Shown here piece after piece: positions 30,407 to 32,525 of a stretch of DNA of 32,525 bases. Each line of letters starts with the position of its first letter. The stretch's first letter is position 1. Under the pieces are notes generated by a model that ran no database searches, had not been told where the DNA came from, and saw only the letters and a list, made by a program, of their open reading frames with translations. Where the stretch lies: assembly GCA_902515965.1 (NCBI GenBank), contig CABXWS010000001.1:1-32525 (forward strand), read 5' to 3'. The stretch is from an uncultured Pelagibacteraceae bacterium (GTDB taxonomy: Bacteria > Pseudomonadota > Alphaproteobacteria > Pelagibacterales > Pelagibacteraceae). The position numbers and the translations under genes are program-made.

Positions 30407-30421
30407 TGTTATATTATAACA
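30407..30421. promoter_or_regulatory. Zur box 2 (perfect dyad)
   Basis: TGTTATA-T-TATAACA between divergent znuC and znuA. Confidence 0.85.
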
Positions 30422-30440
30422 ACTAACTTAACACTATATT

Positions 30441-31736
30441 ATGAAAAACCTAAAAAAATCATCAATTATCATTACTATCATATCCTTTTTAACTTTTTTT
30501 TCATCTGCTAATGCAGAAATCAAAGTTGTAGCCTCAATTAAACCAATACATTCTTTAGCAAGTTATCTGATGGATGGAGTTACTAAACCAAAATTAATAG
30601 TCGACGGATACTCTTCTCCACATGGTTTTGCATTAAAACCATCACATGCAAAAATGTTGCAAGAGGCAGATATTGTTTTTTGGGTTGGCGAAGATCTTGA
30701 AAACTTTTTAGAAAAACCACTAGACTCAATAGCAAAAAAAGCTGAAAAAATTGAGCTATTAAATATAAAAGGTTTAAATAAATTAAAATTTAGAGAGAGA
30801 AATATTTTTGATGATCATGATGATCACGGTCACAAAGAAGATGGTCATAAAAACGATGACCACGATGATCACGACCATAAGAAAAAAGATGGCCATAAAG
30901 ACGATGACCACGATGATCACGACCATAAGAAAAAAGATGCCAATAAAGACGATGACCACGATGATCACGACCATAAGAAAAAAGATGCCAATAAAGACGA
31001 TGACCACGATGATCACGACCATAAGAAAAAAGATGCCAATAAAGACGATGACCACGATGATCACGACCATAAGAAAAAAGATGCCAATAAAGACGATGAC
31101 CACGATGATCACGACCATAAGAAAAAAGATGCCAATAAAGACGATGACCACGATGATCACGACCATAAGAAAAAAGATGCCAATAAAGACGATGACCACG
31201 ATGATCATGATGATCACGAGGGACATCACCATGGAGAATTTGACCCACACATTTGGTTAGATCCGATAAATGCAAAAGTAATTTTAAATGAAATGGTAGG
31301 GCACTTAATTGAAAATGATTCAAAAAATGCGTCTACTTATAAAAGTAACTTAAATAAAGCATTAAAAGATATTGACAAACTTACTATGGATGTGATGACT
31401 GAATTGAACACTAGTACACCATCTATTGTATTTCATGATGCATACCAGTATTTTGAAACTAGGTTTAACGTAAAAGTTTTAGGTGCATTTACAGTCAATA
31501 CAGATGTAATGCCTGGAGCAGAGCAATTAGAAGAGATAAGAGAAATAATTGAGCATGATAAAATCACATGCATTTTTTCTGAACCACAATTTAATCCAGA
31601 TATAATTAATGCTGTAGCGAAAGATATGGATATTAAAACTGGAGTTTTAGATCCACTTGGAGCTACGTTGGATCCTGGAAAAGATTTATATTTTGATTTA
31701 ATTAAAAATATGTCTAAATCATTTAAAGGTTGTTAA
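30441..31736 (+). CDS. znuA: Zinc ABC transporter substrate-binding protein with expanded His/Asp loop
   Basis: Signal peptide, VVASIKPIHSL, and ligand His motifs SPH, DPHIWLDP and FHDAYQYF; also FSEPQF and LDPLG. Confidence 0.96.
   Translation: MKNLKKSSIIITIISFLTFFSSANAEIKVVASIKPIHSLASYLMDGVTKPKLIVDGYSSPHGFALKPSHAKMLQEADIVFWVGEDLENFLEKPLDSIAKKAEKIELLNIKGLNKLKFRERNIFDDHDDHGHKEDGHKNDDHDDHDHKKKDGHKDDDHDDHDHKKKDANKDDDHDDHDHKKKDANKDDDHDDHDHKKKDANKDDDHDDHDHKKKDANKDDDHDDHDHKKKDANKDDDHDDHDHKKKDANKDDDHDDHDDHEGHHHGEFDPHIWLDPINAKVILNEMVGHLIENDSKNASTYKSNLNKALKDIDKLTMDVMTELNTSTPSIVFHDAYQYFETRFNVKVLGAFTVNTDVMPGAEQLEEIREIIEHDKITCIFSEPQFNPDIINAVAKDMDIKTGVLDPLGATLDPGKDLYFDLIKNMSKSFKGC
30852..31207 (+). repeat. 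In-frame 48-bp tandem repeat: six identical copies (30900-31187), one variant copy (30852-30899) and a partial copy
   Basis: Unit GACGATGACCACGATGATCACGACCATAAGAAAAAAGATGCCAATAAA encodes DDDHDDHDHKKKDANK; copies start at 30900, 30948, 30996, 31044, 31092 and 31140. Confidence 0.98.
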
Positions 31737-31778
31737 TAAAAATTGAACTTTTGTTATAAATAATGTCTAATATTATTT

Positions 31779-32525
31779 ATGACAACTGTTTCTTTAAGTC
31801 TTGAAGAAATTTATCAATTATCAAATAAAACTCTACTAGCAAATGGTTGTGATAAAGAAACAGCCGAAACATTATCAGAATTAATTAAGAATGCTGAAAG
31901 AGATGGTTCTATCTCACATGGTTTATTTAGATTGCCAGCCTATGTATCGGGATTAAGAGGTGGAAAGATAAATGGTAAAGGGAGACCTTTAGTAACAAAA
32001 TTAACTCCTACCGTTGTAAAAGCTGATGGAAAAAACTGTCTTGCACCAATGGTTTTAAAAATGGGAATACCAGAATTAATAAAAGCAACAAAAGAAAACG
32101 GTGTTGCAGTTTTGGCAATAACAAATTCATATCATATGGCTGCTATGTGGCCAGAGACTGAAATGATTGCAAAAGAAGGACTTGTTGCGTTCGCATGCAC
32201 ATCTTACATGCCAGCGGTTGCGCCAACAGGATCAAAACAACCATTTTACGGTACAAATCCAATTTCATTTGCATGGCCTAGAAAGAATAAAGACCCAGTA
32301 GTTTATGACATGGCAACATCTTCCATGGCAATGGGTGAGGTTGAAGTTGCAAAAAGAGATGGTCTGTCTGTCCCGTTAGGAACTGGTCTAAATGTTGATG
32401 GAAAAGATACCACAGACCCAAATGAAATAGTTGATAGTGGTATTTTATTGCCTTTTGGGGGTCATAAAGGCTCAGGGATAGCCATGATGGTTGAGTTGCT
32501 TGCAGGAGCCCTAGTTGGTGATAAT
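31779..32525 (+). CDS. Ldh_2-family (malate/L-lactate dehydrogenase-like, DpkA-like) oxidoreductase, 3'-truncated
   Basis: Absent from the ORF track. Translated by hand as MTTVSLSLEEIY...AERDGSISHGLFRLP...HMAAMWPE...GTNPISFAWP...YDMATS...LPFGGHKGSGIAMMVELLAGALVG, running off the window. Confidence 0.9.
   Translation, partial: MTTVSLSLEEIYQLSNKTLLANGCDKETAETLSELIKNAERDGSISHGLFRLPAYVSGLRGGKINGKGRPLVTKLTPTVVKADGKNCLAPMVLKMGIPELIKATKENGVAVLAITNSYHMAAMWPETEMIAKEGLVAFACTSYMPAVAPTGSKQPFYGTNPISFAWPRKNKDPVVYDMATSSMAMGEVEVAKRDGLSVPLGTGLNVDGKDTTDPNEIVDSGILLPFGGHKGSGIAMMVELLAGALVGDN

Noticed and set aside
30852-31207. Repeat array as a possible CRISPR
   Set aside because: Units are head-to-tail with no unique spacers, lie in frame within znuA, and no cas genes are present.
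30783-31323. Repetitive alternative-frame ORFs over znuA (30783-31250 -, 30790-31323 -, 30808-31260 +), including a hydrophobic MVVIIVVIVFIGIFFL repeat
   Set aside because: The 48-bp unit is a multiple of 3 and lacks stops in these frames, so these are shadows of the ZnuA loop with no independent support.

Overview
Very AT-rich, gene-dense bacterial chromosomal segment with many overlapping stop/start junctions. Gene content and order point to a streamlined marine alphaproteobacterium of the SAR11/Pelagibacter type (inference, no search run). Positions 1-24.9 kb are mostly core genes: pyrG(partial)-kdsA-eno-ftsB-lipA-ratA; ispDF-pgpA-cinA on the minus strand; ntrY-ntrX-trkA-trkH; tRNA-Arg; the aapJQMP amino-acid ABC transporter; an XRE regulator; tRNA-Asn and tRNA-Cys; valS-ilvD-manC-EamA. 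Positions 24.9-31.7 kb hold the most interesting locus. A tightly coupled minus-strand run of znuC-znuB-zur-redoxin-two small membrane proteins-arsC-aquaporin has no arsR and is followed by a divergent PiT-like transporter. It faces znuA across two tandem Zur boxes. ZnuA carries a 141-aa His/Asp loop built on six nucleotide-identical 48-bp repeats. The window ends in a partial Ldh_2-family oxidoreductase. No integrase, transposase, phage gene or CRISPR array was seen.
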